DNA of 64,000 bases, from NCBI RefSeq assembly GCF_006345805.1, contig NC_043006.1, forward strand, positions 39,556,001 to 39,620,000, read 5' to 3'. Numbering within the stretch: the first letter of the stretch is position 1; the number at the start of each line of letters is the position of its first letter. This document shows positions 26,555-39,270 of the stretch, piece after piece. This DNA comes from Octopus sinensis (lineage: Eukaryota). The notes under the pieces are model-generated. The model was not told the origin of the DNA, did not search any database, and saw nothing but the letters and a program-made list of their open reading frames with translations. The position numbers and the translations under genes were made by a program.

Positions 26555-26825
26555 ATCTTCTTTTACTTGTTTCAGTCACTAGACTGTGTCCGTACCGGGC
26601 ACCACATTGAAAAAGTAATGGAATGATTCACGAATTTGAGTGTTATCCATGTGCCGGGACCATGATAACCTTCCCTGTATCGTTTTGATTTTAGTATATG
26701 CATGGCCGAGGCAATATAATTATTCTATTTCGTTTGCCGAAAGGATAAGTTACGAGAACGTAAACAATCCAACAATTCTTGTCAAGTACTGGTGGTTGAG
26801 AGAAACATAGGCACAGAGACACAAA
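26555..26825 (-). mobile_element. Degenerate family B SINE
   Basis: cttttacttgtttcagtcact...tttgccgaa..taagttacgagaacgtaaaca. Confidence 0.6.
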
Positions 26826-26858
26826 TAGGCGCGCGCATGCACGTACACATGTATATAT

Positions 26859-27125
26859 ATATATAGAAAATAGTAAAAAGTGAAAAAACTACAGAAGGCT
26901 TGTTTTAAAAGGTTAAAAAATATATATTTGAGTCAATATGTCTGAAGAATATTATAAATTTTTTTCTTACAATGACATAGTTTAGAAGAAAGCTTTCTTC
27001 TAAACTATGTCATTGTAAGAAAAAAATTTATAATATTCTTCAGACATATTGACTCAAATATATATTTTTTAACCTTTTAAAACAAGCCTTCTGTAGTTTT
27101 TCACTTTTTATTATTTTCTATATAT
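26859..27125. repeat. ~267-bp spacerless near-perfect palindrome centred on AAGCTT (26992/26993)
   Basis: Arms differ by about one substitution and one 1-nt indel in a homopolymer. Confidence 0.95.
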
Positions 27126-27162
27126 TCAACCACGTGCTTTCACAAACCAACTTTCTTATATA

Positions 27163-27195
<33 letters not shown>

Positions 27196-27506
27196 GTACA
27201 AAGTAAGTAAGATAGGGGTTATGGGTGGAACCCACTATGGGATATTATTGTTGACATCTATAGGCAATGAAAATTAGATTCACTTTTGACCATAGGCTGA
27301 AACAGCTGTAAGAAGTAATTTTTAGGATTTCATTAATCTATACTATGACTTTTAAAATCTGTATTTGTATTATTTTCTTATCTATTGATTTATATAATAC
27401 TTTTGTATGCTTTTGATGTTCTCATTTGTAAAATGAATAAATAATCCACATTATAATTCCGTAAGTTGATGAACAAACCAAATTTGTTTCTCTATTTTCT
27501 TATTTA

Positions 27507-27558
<52 letters not shown>

Positions 27559-27619
27559 TATATATATATACTATATATATATATATATATATTGGAATTT
27601 AGTAGTAGGTAGCGATTTT

Positions 27620-27970
27620 CTTCACTACTTCAGGGAATGACAACCCTTCCTGACACGAGTCTCGGGCTTAGCTGGCTTCGGCTGACAGTACCCGGCATGG
27701 GCCCCTATCCAGAGTTACGTAAAGGAGACAACCTTCAGAGAAATCCGGAGTGGAGTCCTGTAGGCGGTTTAGTGTTCGATACGACACTCTTCCGGCAGCT
27801 CCTGCAACCAAGCTGGTGCCAAACGTAATGCTCTGTACTCCTTTGGACTACATCAGCAAGGTTGAGAGAGGAATCCTGACGATTGGGCTACCCAGGATTT
27901 TCTTACATCTAGCCCAGGCCTACGCAAGACTGGAGAGGAAACTGGAGAAGTCATGAAATGTAAAGACCAG
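27620..27970 (+). mobile_element. Probable RTE-clade LINE 5' region fragment
   Basis: GC-rich block ctcttccggcagctcctgcaaccaagctggtgccaaacgt resembling RTE 5' regions as I recall them; no RT motif. Confidence 0.4.
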
Positions 27971-28027
27971 ACTGGATTAGTTTATGCACAACTCAATTGT
28001 CTCCCGAGACAAAAGGGTGCCAACAAT

Positions 28028-28210
28028 TTGGAATTTACAAAAAAAAAAAAAAAGACGAAGACAGGTGTGTAAACAAAAAACAAACAGGTGTATTAATTTA
28101 ACCTCGGGAAAGTGAGAGTCTTCTACATTTTGAGCGTACGTACTTCAACAGAAAGGAACACGAGAAAGAGAAAAAGCTTTAGTAGCAAGTGGTCATTCAT
28201 GGTAATGATA
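28028..28210 (-). mobile_element. HHR-B repeat (degenerate hammerhead-like motif 28120-28156)
   Basis: Reverse complement ccttt-CTGTTGA-agtacgtacgctc-aaaatg; shared flanks with the other copies. Confidence 0.65.
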
Positions 28211-29293
28211 TATATATATATATATATATATAGAGTTTCCTTTCACACAGTTTCCGCGTATCACAAGGCATTATCGATCTTTCTAAGTTCGAATTCTGCC
28301 GAAGTCGTCTTTGCCTCTCATCATTTCGTGGTCGATAAAATGAGTGTCTTTTGAGCACTGGGGTCGATGTAATCAACTACCACCTCCCCCACTTTCTATG
28401 AAGAAAGGCATTCACAAGGCATTAATCGATCCGGGTCTTCAGCAGAAGACTGTAAACGCCGCACATTTGAACCAAATCCGAAACGAAAGTGTTTTCAATG
28501 CAAGTTTCTTAACTATGGACATTAATATGTTGTTGAATTTTGTTGAACTGGTGGTCGGAGTTTCATTTTCGATTATTCAATGGATTACAGAAAGCAGCGT
28601 GATTTGTGTGAGTTGCATTTTGATTCATTGCCAAGTATTTCAAGGTCTTTGCTTGTTCTCATTCTGTTACATCTTTTTTCTTTGTGAAATATAATACTGA
28701 GTGTTTTTATCAAGTAGGCTTGATGTAATTTTCAAAACCGAATTTCGTATCAGCTCTGCAACTGAATCCATGTTCTTATGTAACGGCTTACACTATTTTT
28801 CATCTGTAGCATACAACTTCAGGTCAACGGTATATAAAAGAGATGGTTGACTGTCCTCGTATATCACTTATCTAGTTTAGCACGTTGATGGGAGGTTTTA
28901 TCGACAAGCGGAAAAGAAATAATGTATGATAACGAGAAAAGGAACGAGAAGAGAGAAAGAGAGAAAGAAATAGAGAGAAAGAGAGAAAAGCAACATAAAA
29001 AGTGAGAGAAGCGGAATAGATGAAAAATATTTCGGAATTCCTCTTATGACAGGTAAGGGATACGTTTTTACAATTCCCTGTTTTATAGTTAACTCCACTA
29101 TTAATTGCCATGTATACATGACATGCTACATGTACCTACTTATTATTAGGACTTAATATTTATGGCTGATATTTCCAAAGTCCACGAGTAGTTTACACTG
29201 TCAAAAGCATTCTGGAAAGTTTCCATGCCGTATCATGACCCCTCTTTCTTCTATAGATTCCACTAAGATTGCTAATAGTCTTTTGTATGCATA

Positions 29294-29351
<58 letters not shown>

Positions 29352-29794
29352 GAGCTTTTGCTGCATCCCTTCTGTAGTAGAAGCTCCTCTTTTTATTTTC
29401 CAAGTAGTTCTATATTCTCTGTGATATCGTTCTAGTTATGGCTTTCTAACTGGTAAGCTGACGTACTGGAGGTCTGCCGCTGCTAGAGTCTCATATATCT
29501 TTAATCTAGTTTATCGAGAGGCTGCATTTGGTGAGACATAAAGATAGTGCTTTTGATTATTTTAATAAAACTTACGGAAAGGGTAAACATTCATTTCGTG
29601 ATTACGACGGGGTTAAACAGTTTCCGCAAAAAAAACAAAAAAACCGGATACATCTTCAAAACAATGGTAAAATATTCAGCGACCGAAAACGGCAAAGCAA
29701 GAGCTAATTTAGAAAAGAAACCCACCAGTGATGTTTCCTGCTTAGGCCCAACTATGATGTCTATAATCCTTTCTACTGAAGCTCAAACCCTCAA

Positions 29795-30438
29795 ATATGG
29801 GGGAAGGGATTAAATCGATTACATCGACCCCAGTGTGTAACTGGTACTTATTTAATCGACCCCGAAACGTTGAAAGGCAAAGATGACCTTGGTGGAATTT
29901 GAACTCAAAACGTAAAGACGGACGAAATGCCGTAAAGCATTTTGCCTGGCGTGCAAAGACGACTTCAGCAGAATTCGAACTTAGAAGAAAAGATGGATGA
30001 AATATCGCTAATCATTTTGTTCGGCGTGCTAATGATTCTGCTATTTCTTCACATTTCTATATTGAAATATTGGTTTCAAATTACGCCGCAAACTCATGAA
30101 TTTCATGGGAGAGGTTAAGTCGATTAGATCGACCCCCCCCCCCATTGCTTAACTGTTACTTATTCATCGATCCCAAATTGATAAAAAGCAAACTTGACGT
30201 CGGCGGAATTTGAACTCAGAACGTAAAGACGGGGCGAAATACGCTCAAATAACGGTTCTGCCAAATTACCGCCTTTATTGAGAGAAATATTCATTTAACT
30301 GCTACTTATTTTATCGACCCCAAAAGGATGAAAGGCAAAGTTGACATCGGCGGCATTTGAACTCAGAACGTAAAGACGGGTGAATTGCCGCTAAGCATTT
30401 AGCATGGCGTACTAACGATTCTGCCAACTTGCCGCCTT
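29795..30438 (-). mobile_element. Cluster of ~4 tandem partial family A SINE copies
   Basis: Repeated ggcggaatttgaactcagaacgtaaagacgg and tcgaccccnaaaggatgaaaggcaaag blocks. Confidence 0.8.
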
Positions 30439-30837
30439 CTTTCGAGTAATACCGGAATCATTAGAGTAGTGGACTGAATACCTGGCAGTATTCTTACGCG
30501 TTGTTTGTGATCTAAATTCAAATAGTTCTCGGGCTCGGTGTCGTTTACCGTTCATCCTTTCGAAATCGATAAATAACGAATCATTCCAGTAATGGGGCCG
30601 TGTGTGCTTCTCTCTTTTTTATTCTTTCTCATTCATTTTTCTCTCTCCTGCACAAATTTATCTCCTATTTATCCATCAATCAAACGCTTTGTCTTGCACC
30701 TATTGTGTCAGACTGATTCACGCATAATATTCAACCTGAATTCGCTAGTATATAAGAGACTTAGTTTTCTGATTTGTCTCGCTTATCCGCTTTAGATGGA
30801 AGGCTTTATCGAAGGGCAGAAACAAATATTATGTGTA

Positions 30838-31014
30838 GGCGCAGGAGTGGCTCTGTGGTAAGTAACATGCTTACTAACTACATGGTTCTGGGTTCAGTCC
30901 CACTGCTTGTCACCTTGAGCGAGTGTCTTCTACTATAGCCTCGGGCCGACCAAAGCCTTGTGAGTGGATTTCGTAGACGGAAACTGAAAGAAGCCCGTCG
31001 TCTATATGTATATG

Positions 31015-31045
<31 letters not shown>

Positions 31046-31276
31046 TTGTGTCTGTGTTTGCCCCCCACACCCCCCCCCCTTCAACATCGCTTGACAACCG
31101 ATGCTGGTGTGTGTGCGTCTCCGTAACTTAGCGGTTCGGCAAAAGACACCGATAGAATAAGTACTAGACTTACAAAGAATAAGTCCTGGGGTTGATTTGC
31201 TCGACTAAAGGCGGTGCTCCAGCATGGCCGCAGTCAAATGACTGAAACAAGTAAAAGAGTAAAAGAGTAAAGAGTA
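30838..31276 (+). mobile_element. Full-length tRNA-derived CORE-type SINE (family B)
   Basis: Head ggcgcaggagtggct..tggtaag...gggttcagtccc, CORE-like caccttgagcgagtgtcttctactatagcc, internal (TA)/(TG) run and (aagagta)n tail. Confidence 0.9.
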
Positions 31277-31475
31277 CTGTCTCGTAAAAAAATGCTTTGG
31301 CCACACACATCTGAGGAATACTCAGACATTTACATATTATTTTGTTGAGTTGAATTCGATAGAGCTCAAGCAATTGACTGTTCATTGTCGACAATAAAAA
31401 AACAAAACAAAACGAAGGAATGTCCCTAAGTCATTTGAATCAATGCTCTATCATATCGATATATTTGTCTATAAA

Positions 31476-31837
31476 GGCGGCGAGCTGGCAGAATCGTTAG
31501 CACGCAGTGCGAAATGCTTAGCGGTATTTCGTCTGCTGTTACGTTCTGAGTTCAAATTCCGCCGAGATCAACTTTGCATTTCATCCTTACGGGGTGGATA
31601 AATTAAGTACCAGTTATGCACTGGGGTCGATGTAATCGACTTAATCCGTTTGTCTGTCCTTGTTTGTCTTCTCTGTGTGGATAGTAAAGAAATAGGTATT
31701 TCGTCTGTCTTTACGTTCTGAGTTCAAATTCTGCCGAAGTCGACTTTGCCTTTCATCGTTTCGGGGTCGATTAAATAAGTAGCTGTTACGCACTGGGGTC
31801 GATGTTTGTTTGTTCCCCTGTGGGCAATAAAGAATTA
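31476..31837 (+). mobile_element. Nested/dimeric family A SINE
   Basis: Body duplicated at ggtatttcgtctg (31523 and 31695); outer direct repeat gatat(tt)atttgtctat at 31458 and 31838. Confidence 0.85.
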
Positions 31838-31924
31838 GATATTTATTTGTCTATGAAGAAAGGGAGGAAGAATTAAAGGACGAGGATGAAGACAATGGTG
31901 GTGATTGAAGAAATAAAGAGATGA

Positions 31925-31955
31925 AGAGTAGGAGTAGCAGCAGCAGCATCAGAAA

Positions 31956-31992
<37 letters not shown>

Positions 31993-32035
31993 AGTAGCAA
32001 TAGGAGTAGCAGAAGTAGTAGTAGAAGTAGCAATG

Positions 32036-32068
<33 letters not shown>

Positions 32069-32107
32069 ACAATAGGAGTAGCAGAAATAGTAGTAGAAGT
32101 AGCAATG

Positions 32108-32161
<54 letters not shown>

Positions 32162-32365
32162 ACAATAGGAGTAGCAGAAACAGTAGTAGTAGCAGCAGCA
32201 GCAGCAAAGAAGAAGGAAAAAACGAGGAAAGATGAGCATGAGGTGAAGAAGATGGTGACGTTGTTGTTGTTGCTGGTGGTGCTGACGATGCAAGACAAAC
32301 ACAAGAAGAAGAAGAAGAAGAAGAAGAAGAAGAAGAAGAAGAAGAAGAAGAAGAAGAAGCAATAA
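31925..32365. repeat. (AGT)n array with higher-order units, followed by (GAA)n
   Basis: Direct sequence; three units of aataggagtagcagaa..agtagt. Confidence 0.95.
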
Positions 32366-33407
32366 CAACAAACCCAACAAGAACAAAAGCATGTGGAGGG
32401 GGGGGGGCATGTGCAAGACAATGTCAACGACGGTGGGTAAAGCGAAAGAAGTGGCTGGAAAACTGTTGGACAGCATGAATGATTGACTGGCGACAAAGCT
32501 GTATAAAAGAAAGACAGACAGAACTTATAGCGAAAGACCTCGACCACATGACCAGACATATATTTCAGTCTATGATACTGCTTGAACTTATAGAACATAA
32601 CCATAGTTAATTCGTTACAACGATTAGACAAACATTCAAAGTATAATAGATACGTAAACATAACAATCTCCGTACACTAATATCAGTGCACTTGTTGGTG
32701 CACACACGAACGAAGATATATATTAGCAGGCACGCAAACGCTTCCACAAGTATATGCGAAAATATACTCAGGTGCGTATATATGTATATGTTCATGATGA
32801 AAACAACCGCCAGGCTTATTTTCCTTGTGAAAGAAAATATTTTGATTTCATATACGCCTGTGTATGTATGTATATATTGCTAACAAACACCCCACTTCTT
32901 ATTTATACATACCTACACATATACAAAGAGAGAAAGAGAAAGGGGAGATTAATAGATATATAGGCATGCATGTATATATCTATCTACGTAAACATATTTA
33001 TGAATACACACACACATACATATATATAAAGATAAATATATATATATATATATGAACTTACATTCATACATATATATTTGCATACATATACACACATGCA
33101 CACTCAAATTTAGCCACACACACACATTTATAAACACATCTAAAATCGATGTAACTCGCCAACCTTCCTTGTGTTTCTTCATACACAGACACACACAGAT
33201 ACTTGTGTGTATGTGTGTATGTGTGTATTCCTTTGTATTTGCGTATATCTGAATGTGAAGTGTTTACTCTGTAATAATGAGCTATTTAAAATTTGTCTTT
33301 TGTTCTGGCAAATAATAATGTACAGCAAAAGTCTTTCCGACTATTTTTCTTCTATTTTGCTTCGTCTCTCTCTTTACTTATATGTGAGTGGATAAATCGT
33401 GTTTGTG

Positions 33408-33494
<87 letters not shown>

Positions 33495-33601
33495 TACATA
33501 CACACTGACACACACACAAACACACATATATATATTATATGTATGAATTATTATTATTATATGTGTATATATATAGAAACATAGATATATAAACATACAT
33601 A

Positions 33602-33632
<31 letters not shown>

Positions 33633-34526
33633 CTATCTTTAAAATCTCATTTTGTTAATAATATTGATTAAACTATAGATATACGTTTACATTTTCTTTA
33701 AAGTTTGCGTCGATATACGAAGCAAGCACGAGAAGGAAAGATATTTGGGAGTTCAAGTTGGACATCGCGTTGCCATTGTTAATCTGTTGCTACAATTTCT
33801 ACTATTTCAATGTAACAATTTTCAGACCGTTTTCGCTTCTTGGAATCGTATATCATTTGTCATATCATCATTCTGTAATAACTAAATTGTCAGATTTGAG
33901 ATTCCATTCAATTTCCTTTCTGAAGGTATGTATATGTTGCTTTTATCAGAATTAAAATGGAGTAGCGGTTAAAAAAGTTAGTCTTTAACGATCAGTGAGT
34001 ATAAATTGTGACTTCCCTGCAGTGTACACAGAGCCTGCATGATAGCAAACTTTGCGAGATATGAGTCATGGTTTATGCAGCAACATGGTTGAATATTTTT
34101 CATGATATCGAAAAGTCTGAATGAAATTTGAAATCGCATAAGTGTAGTCAGAGATTTGCTTAAATTTTGTGTCACTCTGCACGTTTTATCGGTACTTTCC
34201 TCATACCTACATTCAAACTAACATGCACACATACGCAAACACTTTCTCTCTCTTTCTCTCTCTCTCTCTTTCTCTCTCTCTCTTTCTCTCTCCGCACATA
34301 CCAATGCACACACATACACACATAAATTTGCCGAGGTGGTAGAATCGTGAGTTTTCAGACAAAACACTCAGCGGTAATTCATCCGGCTACTTATGTTCTG
34401 AGTTCAAATTCAATCGTTGTAAATATTGCTTTTTATCGTTTCAGGCCCGATAAAATATGTAGTACTGGGATCGATATAACCAACTTACACCATCTTAAAT
34501 TGCTGGTCTTGTACTAAAATCTGAAA

Positions 34527-34564
<38 letters not shown>

Positions 34565-35059
34565 TCAAATAAGTTATCATTATCTATACAAATAATGATA
34601 AAATGATCAGCAAACATTATTCAAATAAGCAAAATATATAATAAAAAGTCAGGGTACCACAAATACCTGTTTGCTTGGAAGAGTTGTTAAATATGTTTGC
34701 TATATTCTCCGTAGGTGTTTACATACAGTGACAGACGAGTGGTTTTGGAGGACTTTAACTCCTCCTTCAAGCAAACAGGGACATATCGGACCCTGATATT
34801 TTATTATATATAGCGGTTGTAATAACCGCCTAAGGGATAATAGTATTCGTTCTTACTATTGGTACCAATCACCTATGCTATCCCTGGGCATGGGTATGCA
34901 GGCACACTATGCTCATAGGTTACAGGGGACAACAGAGCAAACAAAAAATTATCAGGAATCAAATTTAGGTAATCAGAAAATGGAGAAAAATTTTGTTTAA
35001 CAAACAAACAAATTGACCAACATCGGTTGATTATTTTTTAATACAAAACATGAGATAAC

Positions 35060-35178
35060 ATTTCTTACGGCCGTTTCCGCTTCCAATGTGAGTCGGTGTT
35101 TACGAAAGAAATTCCGAAAATAATATTCGTCATCTTCATAGCACATTCAATCGAGTACATGGAGTTTCATCAGAGTGA
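35060..35178 (-). ncRNA. Degenerate hammerhead with long stem II and ACGGCCGT stem III
   Basis: Reverse complement ct-CTGATGA-a-actccatgt...acattggaagc g-GAAA-CGGCCG-TA-ag. Confidence 0.45.
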
Positions 35179-35447
35179 ATACAAATGCATAAAATAAACG
35201 AAGAGAAGAGGAAGGAACAGGGCCTCGAGATGAAGTCGGAAGGCTTAAAATATTAAAATCATACCAACTTGCATGTATTTATGTCATTAATCAATTTTAT
35301 TTCATGCTCACATATACTTCTATCTGTACATATATGTATATGTGTGTGTGAGTGTGTGTGTGTACGTGTGTGTGTGTGTGTGTATATATCTATGTATGCA
35401 TGTATGTACACACACACACATATATATACATACACACACACACACAT

Positions 35448-35488
<41 letters not shown>

Positions 35489-35639
35489 ATGTATGTATAT
35501 ATTTATGTTGGATGTCGTTCAGCTATTGAGTATAAACAGGTATTGGCTTTCATTTTCTCCTTTCAAGAAGTAGAGTTTATTTATCATATGTTCCACGATG
35601 CAACACCTTGAAGAATCTTTAACCGAACGCATCGACACT

Positions 35640-35912
35640 TTTAAGCCCTGTACTTATTCTATCGGTCTCGAACCGCTAAGTTACGGGGATGTTAAATAAA
35701 CCAACACTTGTTTGGGTAACAAACACAGACACACGTGTGTGTGTGTGTGTGTATGATGGTCGTGATTCATTTTCTGTCTTCCACATCCACTGGCATGACT
35801 CTGGTCAGCTCGAGGCTATAGTACAAAACAGCTGCCCAGGGTGCCATGCAATAGAACTGAACTCGGAACCGTGTGGTTGGAAAGCAAACTTATACACCCA
35901 CGCTTGCACCTA
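35640..35912 (-). mobile_element. Degenerate family B SINE
   Basis: gtacttattctatcggtctc..gaaccgctaagttacggggatg...gaactgaactcggaaccgtgtggttgg. Confidence 0.7.
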
Positions 35913-36514
35913 TAAATGGTAAGCAGCAGAATAGTCGAATAGTTTATTTTTTCCTTGGCTACAAGTGTTTCAGCAAAATATGGCTTTCATAAAACTTTAA
36001 ATAAGTTGGAAAAGATTAAGATGAGCAATTATTATATAACATTGATTACATACTATCGATTATATTATATAGATCCCAATTCATTTCATCATGTCCGAAT
36101 GAATAAATTGATGCGAGAAAAACTTCGATTAATTCACCTATAAATAGACGCAGACAATTTGATAGGAGAGTTCATATTCTTATAGAAGGAGGATTTATTA
36201 GAAATGTAAATAAAAGAAATCGCAAAGACGACGATGCTAGTGTATCAATTGATGAGATCATTTTAGAAGTTGAATTTATTAATTAGTCTATATACATTCA
36301 GACAATTGTTCGATCGAGAAGGTAAACTAGTTTTAAAACTGTATATCATAATAGAAAGTGTCATCAATCAACTAGGATAGGCATTTCTAGAGTATCATCA
36401 AAGAAAGCATTAACGATCAGAGAGAACCGAAAGAAGTACGGAAAAGAAGAGAGAGAGAGTGGGAGGGAGAGAAACAAGAGGAATGGAAATTGAAAGAGTA
36501 ACAGCAATAAATGT

Positions 36515-36742
36515 GGTGGCGCGTGGCTTAGTGGTTAAGGTGTCAGCATCATGATTGTAAGATTGTGGTTTCGATTCCTGGACCAGGTGACGCGTTGTCT
36601 TCTTGAGCAAAACACTTCATTTCACGTTGCTCCAGTCCACTCAGCTGGCAAAAATGAGTAACGCTGCGATGGACTGGCGTCCCGTCCAGCTGGGGAACAC
36701 ATACGTCATTGAAACCGGGAAACCGAGCCCATGAACCTGGCC
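36515..36742 (+). mobile_element. tRNA-derived SINE (family D) with CORE-like and V-domain-like segments
   Basis: Head ggcgcgtggcttagtggttaagg...ggtttcgattcc; ctgcgatggactggcgtcccgtccag resembles the V-SINE domain. Confidence 0.65.
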
Positions 36743-36744
36743 AT

Positions 36745-36932
36745 TCCATCACAGCATTACTCAAGAAACAGGAAGAAAGAGTGAGGGAAAGTTGTGGCGA
36801 AAGACCCGCTGCCGGAGCCTCGTGGAGTTTTATGTATTTTCGCTCAATACACACAAAGCCCGGACTGGGAATCGAAACCGCGATCCTCCGACCACCAGCC
36901 GCTGCCCTAACCACTGGGCCATTGCGCCTCCA
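36745..36932 (-). mobile_element. 5' part of family C SINE
   Basis: Minus-strand head gtggaggcgcaatggcccagtggttagggcagcgg...cgcggtttcgattccc. Confidence 0.7.
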
Positions 36933-37309
36933 CGTTTATATTAAGTAGTAAAATATTATTATGTCACTTCATAATAAAATTCTAATGTGAGAAAAATAAT
37001 AGCAAAAATTTATAAAAGGAATATTTTATAAATTCGGACATAAATATACTTTTCTTTTCTAGGCACAAAGCCCGAAAATTTTGGGGAGGGAGCCAGTCGA
37101 TTAGATTTTTATTCGCATACACAGCAACCTCAGCTGCTAAAATGTGAATTACAAAATAACTTTTTTCAATTAATCGAACTTCGATTCTGTTGGAGTGTTG
37201 TTCCTTTCTATGCATTGCGTTAGCAGGTATTCACCTGGATCCCGGAACGTCGATGGCGTACATCCATACGTACGTACATACATGCATACATACATACATT
37301 CATGCATAC

Positions 37310-37475
37310 ACCTACGCTGAACTATTGAGAAATCTGAAGTTATTCTATCCAGATTACAAGTTCAGGTTTATACCTGTAATAAAGGGGCCCTGGGATATGT
37401 AACACACTGCTTAAATACCAATCTTGAGGTATTAGGCTTCTCAAAACCGGAAAGGAGAAAGCTGATTCTCTAAGT
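37310..37475 (+). mobile_element. 3' fragment of RLE-type (R4/Dong-like) non-LTR retrotransposon
   Basis: YAELLRNLKLFYPDYKFRFIPVI, then frameshift to (GAL)GYVTHCLNTNLEVLGFSKPERRKLI: the typical P.VIGALG C-terminal RLE motif. Confidence 0.6.
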
Positions 37476-38059
37476 GTCATAATTTTTTCGAAAAGTAATT
37501 TCCAAAATATACATTTTGAAATATCTTTCTCTAAATATTATGAGAGCATCAAGTAATTTAACCTCATCCCCTGCTTCATAACGTTCAGAACTGAAATACG
37601 TACTGAACTCACTCTCTCATACAATATTTACCTCTCATAACTTTCCACCATAAAATATTGGAAACTCAGTATTTTTTTCAGATATTAATAAAATTTGTCG
37701 GACCTATTTTCATGCCGTCGGCTGTCGGAATGAATGAAATTTAGCGCGCTCCGAGTGTATGAAAATAGATTAGACTAATTTTATTATTACCTTAAAAAAT
37801 ACTAAAAAATATTAAATTTCAAACATCTTTATGGTCAAATACGTTTAAAGCTATTCCAAACCATTAAAATTGCCGTTTAAAATAGTGTTTAGCGCCAGTG
37901 GTGTAATTTTCCTTCAAATATCGAACAGGAGTTTAGATACGTGCCAGCTTTTACAAATAATTGTTTGTACGAAAAGTAAGGCCCTACGTACATCAAATTG
38001 TCTTTAAATTAATTAGCGACAGAAGAATTATCGTTGAACTTTTAAAAGGTAAGTTTATT

Positions 38060-38180
38060 GTTGCCTACAGTCAGCTACATGCTGGTTGTTCAAGGGTAGG
38101 GAATGGGAACAAGCTATTTGCACTGACCCCGAATTGGAAGACCAAATATATTGTTTATCATGCAGCTTTGCAAAAAGTTC
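38060..38180 (+). mobile_element. Helitron Pif1-helicase C-terminal remnant
   Basis: SQLHAGCSRVGNGNKLFALTPNWKTKYIVYHAALQ matches the HGQLYVACSRVG...KTKNIVY..AL terminus. Confidence 0.75.
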
Positions 38181-38372
38181 CAAGTCGACAAACTATATCA
38201 TTGTTTTGATGAAAATTGTTCATTATTTGAAAATACTGGTCAAGTTTGATAAAATTTAATATGCACTCACTGCATGAAGTGTCATTGTTGGGCCCAAGGC
38301 CTAATGAAGAGCCTTCCACAGGAGCTAGCTTAATAGCCGATAGGGCGTGTGCATGTGTGTGTGTGTGTATAC

Positions 38373-38437
<65 letters not shown>

Positions 38438-38585
38438 TGCAGCACGAAGGTTTTTATCAGTGAACAGGTTGCGGTTTCAAAGCGACGAAAACTTTTAACA
38501 CAAATTAAATTTAAATTTGAAGTAAATCTCATGGTTTTTGTCTGTTCTTAAATGGCTTATAAACATCTTCCACGCTGCAATTGTA

Positions 38586-38642
<57 letters not shown>

Positions 38643-38643
38643 T

Positions 38644-38691
<48 letters not shown>

Positions 38692-38925
38692 GTATGTAAT
38701 GTATGTATGTATGTATGTATGTATGTATGTATGTATGTATTGCGTGGTGGTGTTGTATATGTATGTATGTATCAGCACCATATTTATTCAGAAGCGAATA
38801 ATTATATAGATATTGATATTGTTATTATTATCGAAGGCAATACAAATAGTTTATAATAACAACAATATTGATATAGGTGGTTGCAGGTCTAAATCAGCAT
38901 TATATAGCTATAGAATTAAACTCAC

Positions 38926-39270
38926 ATTAATCAAAGGACCCATTAAAGTGTCTATCCGCTAGAAATAAGAGTTAAAACTCTCATTTGGACCACCAAAAAT
39001 TACACTGAAAATAACATATTCAACAGTATACGGACGAGCGAACCGAAAATTATCTCACATACCTATATAGTATGAGGCTATACATTTGATAACTGTTACA
39101 TTAAATATATAGATTTATGGTATATAGGTATTTGAGAGAAATGTTTCGGTTCGCTCGCCCGTATACTGTTGAATCCTATTTTCAGTGTATATATATGTTT
39201 TGGTTGTCCAAATGAGAGTTTTAACTCTTATTTCTAGCGGGTAGACATTTTAATGTGTCCTCTGATTAAT
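38926..39270. mobile_element. MITE/foldback element with ~145-bp terminal inverted repeats
   Basis: attaatcaaaggacccattaaagtgtctatccgctagaaataagagttaaaactctc... mirrored at the right end; ATTAAT on both sides. Confidence 0.8.

Noticed and set aside
27640-27720. Possible HDV-like ribozyme in the RTE-like fragment (tcctgac loop, GG, UUCG hairpin)
   Set aside because: P1 5' strand and P2 cannot be threaded and P3 has a mismatch.
29420-29460. Micro-exon-like ag|ttatggctttctaactg|gtaagc, and a similar candidate at ~48477-48508
   Set aside because: Splice-like motifs occur by chance at this scale; no linked exons or recognisable protein.
31851-32661. 262-aa and neighbouring poly-T/L/S/Y ORFs
   Set aside because: Triplet repeats (AGT, GAA) that lack stops by construction.
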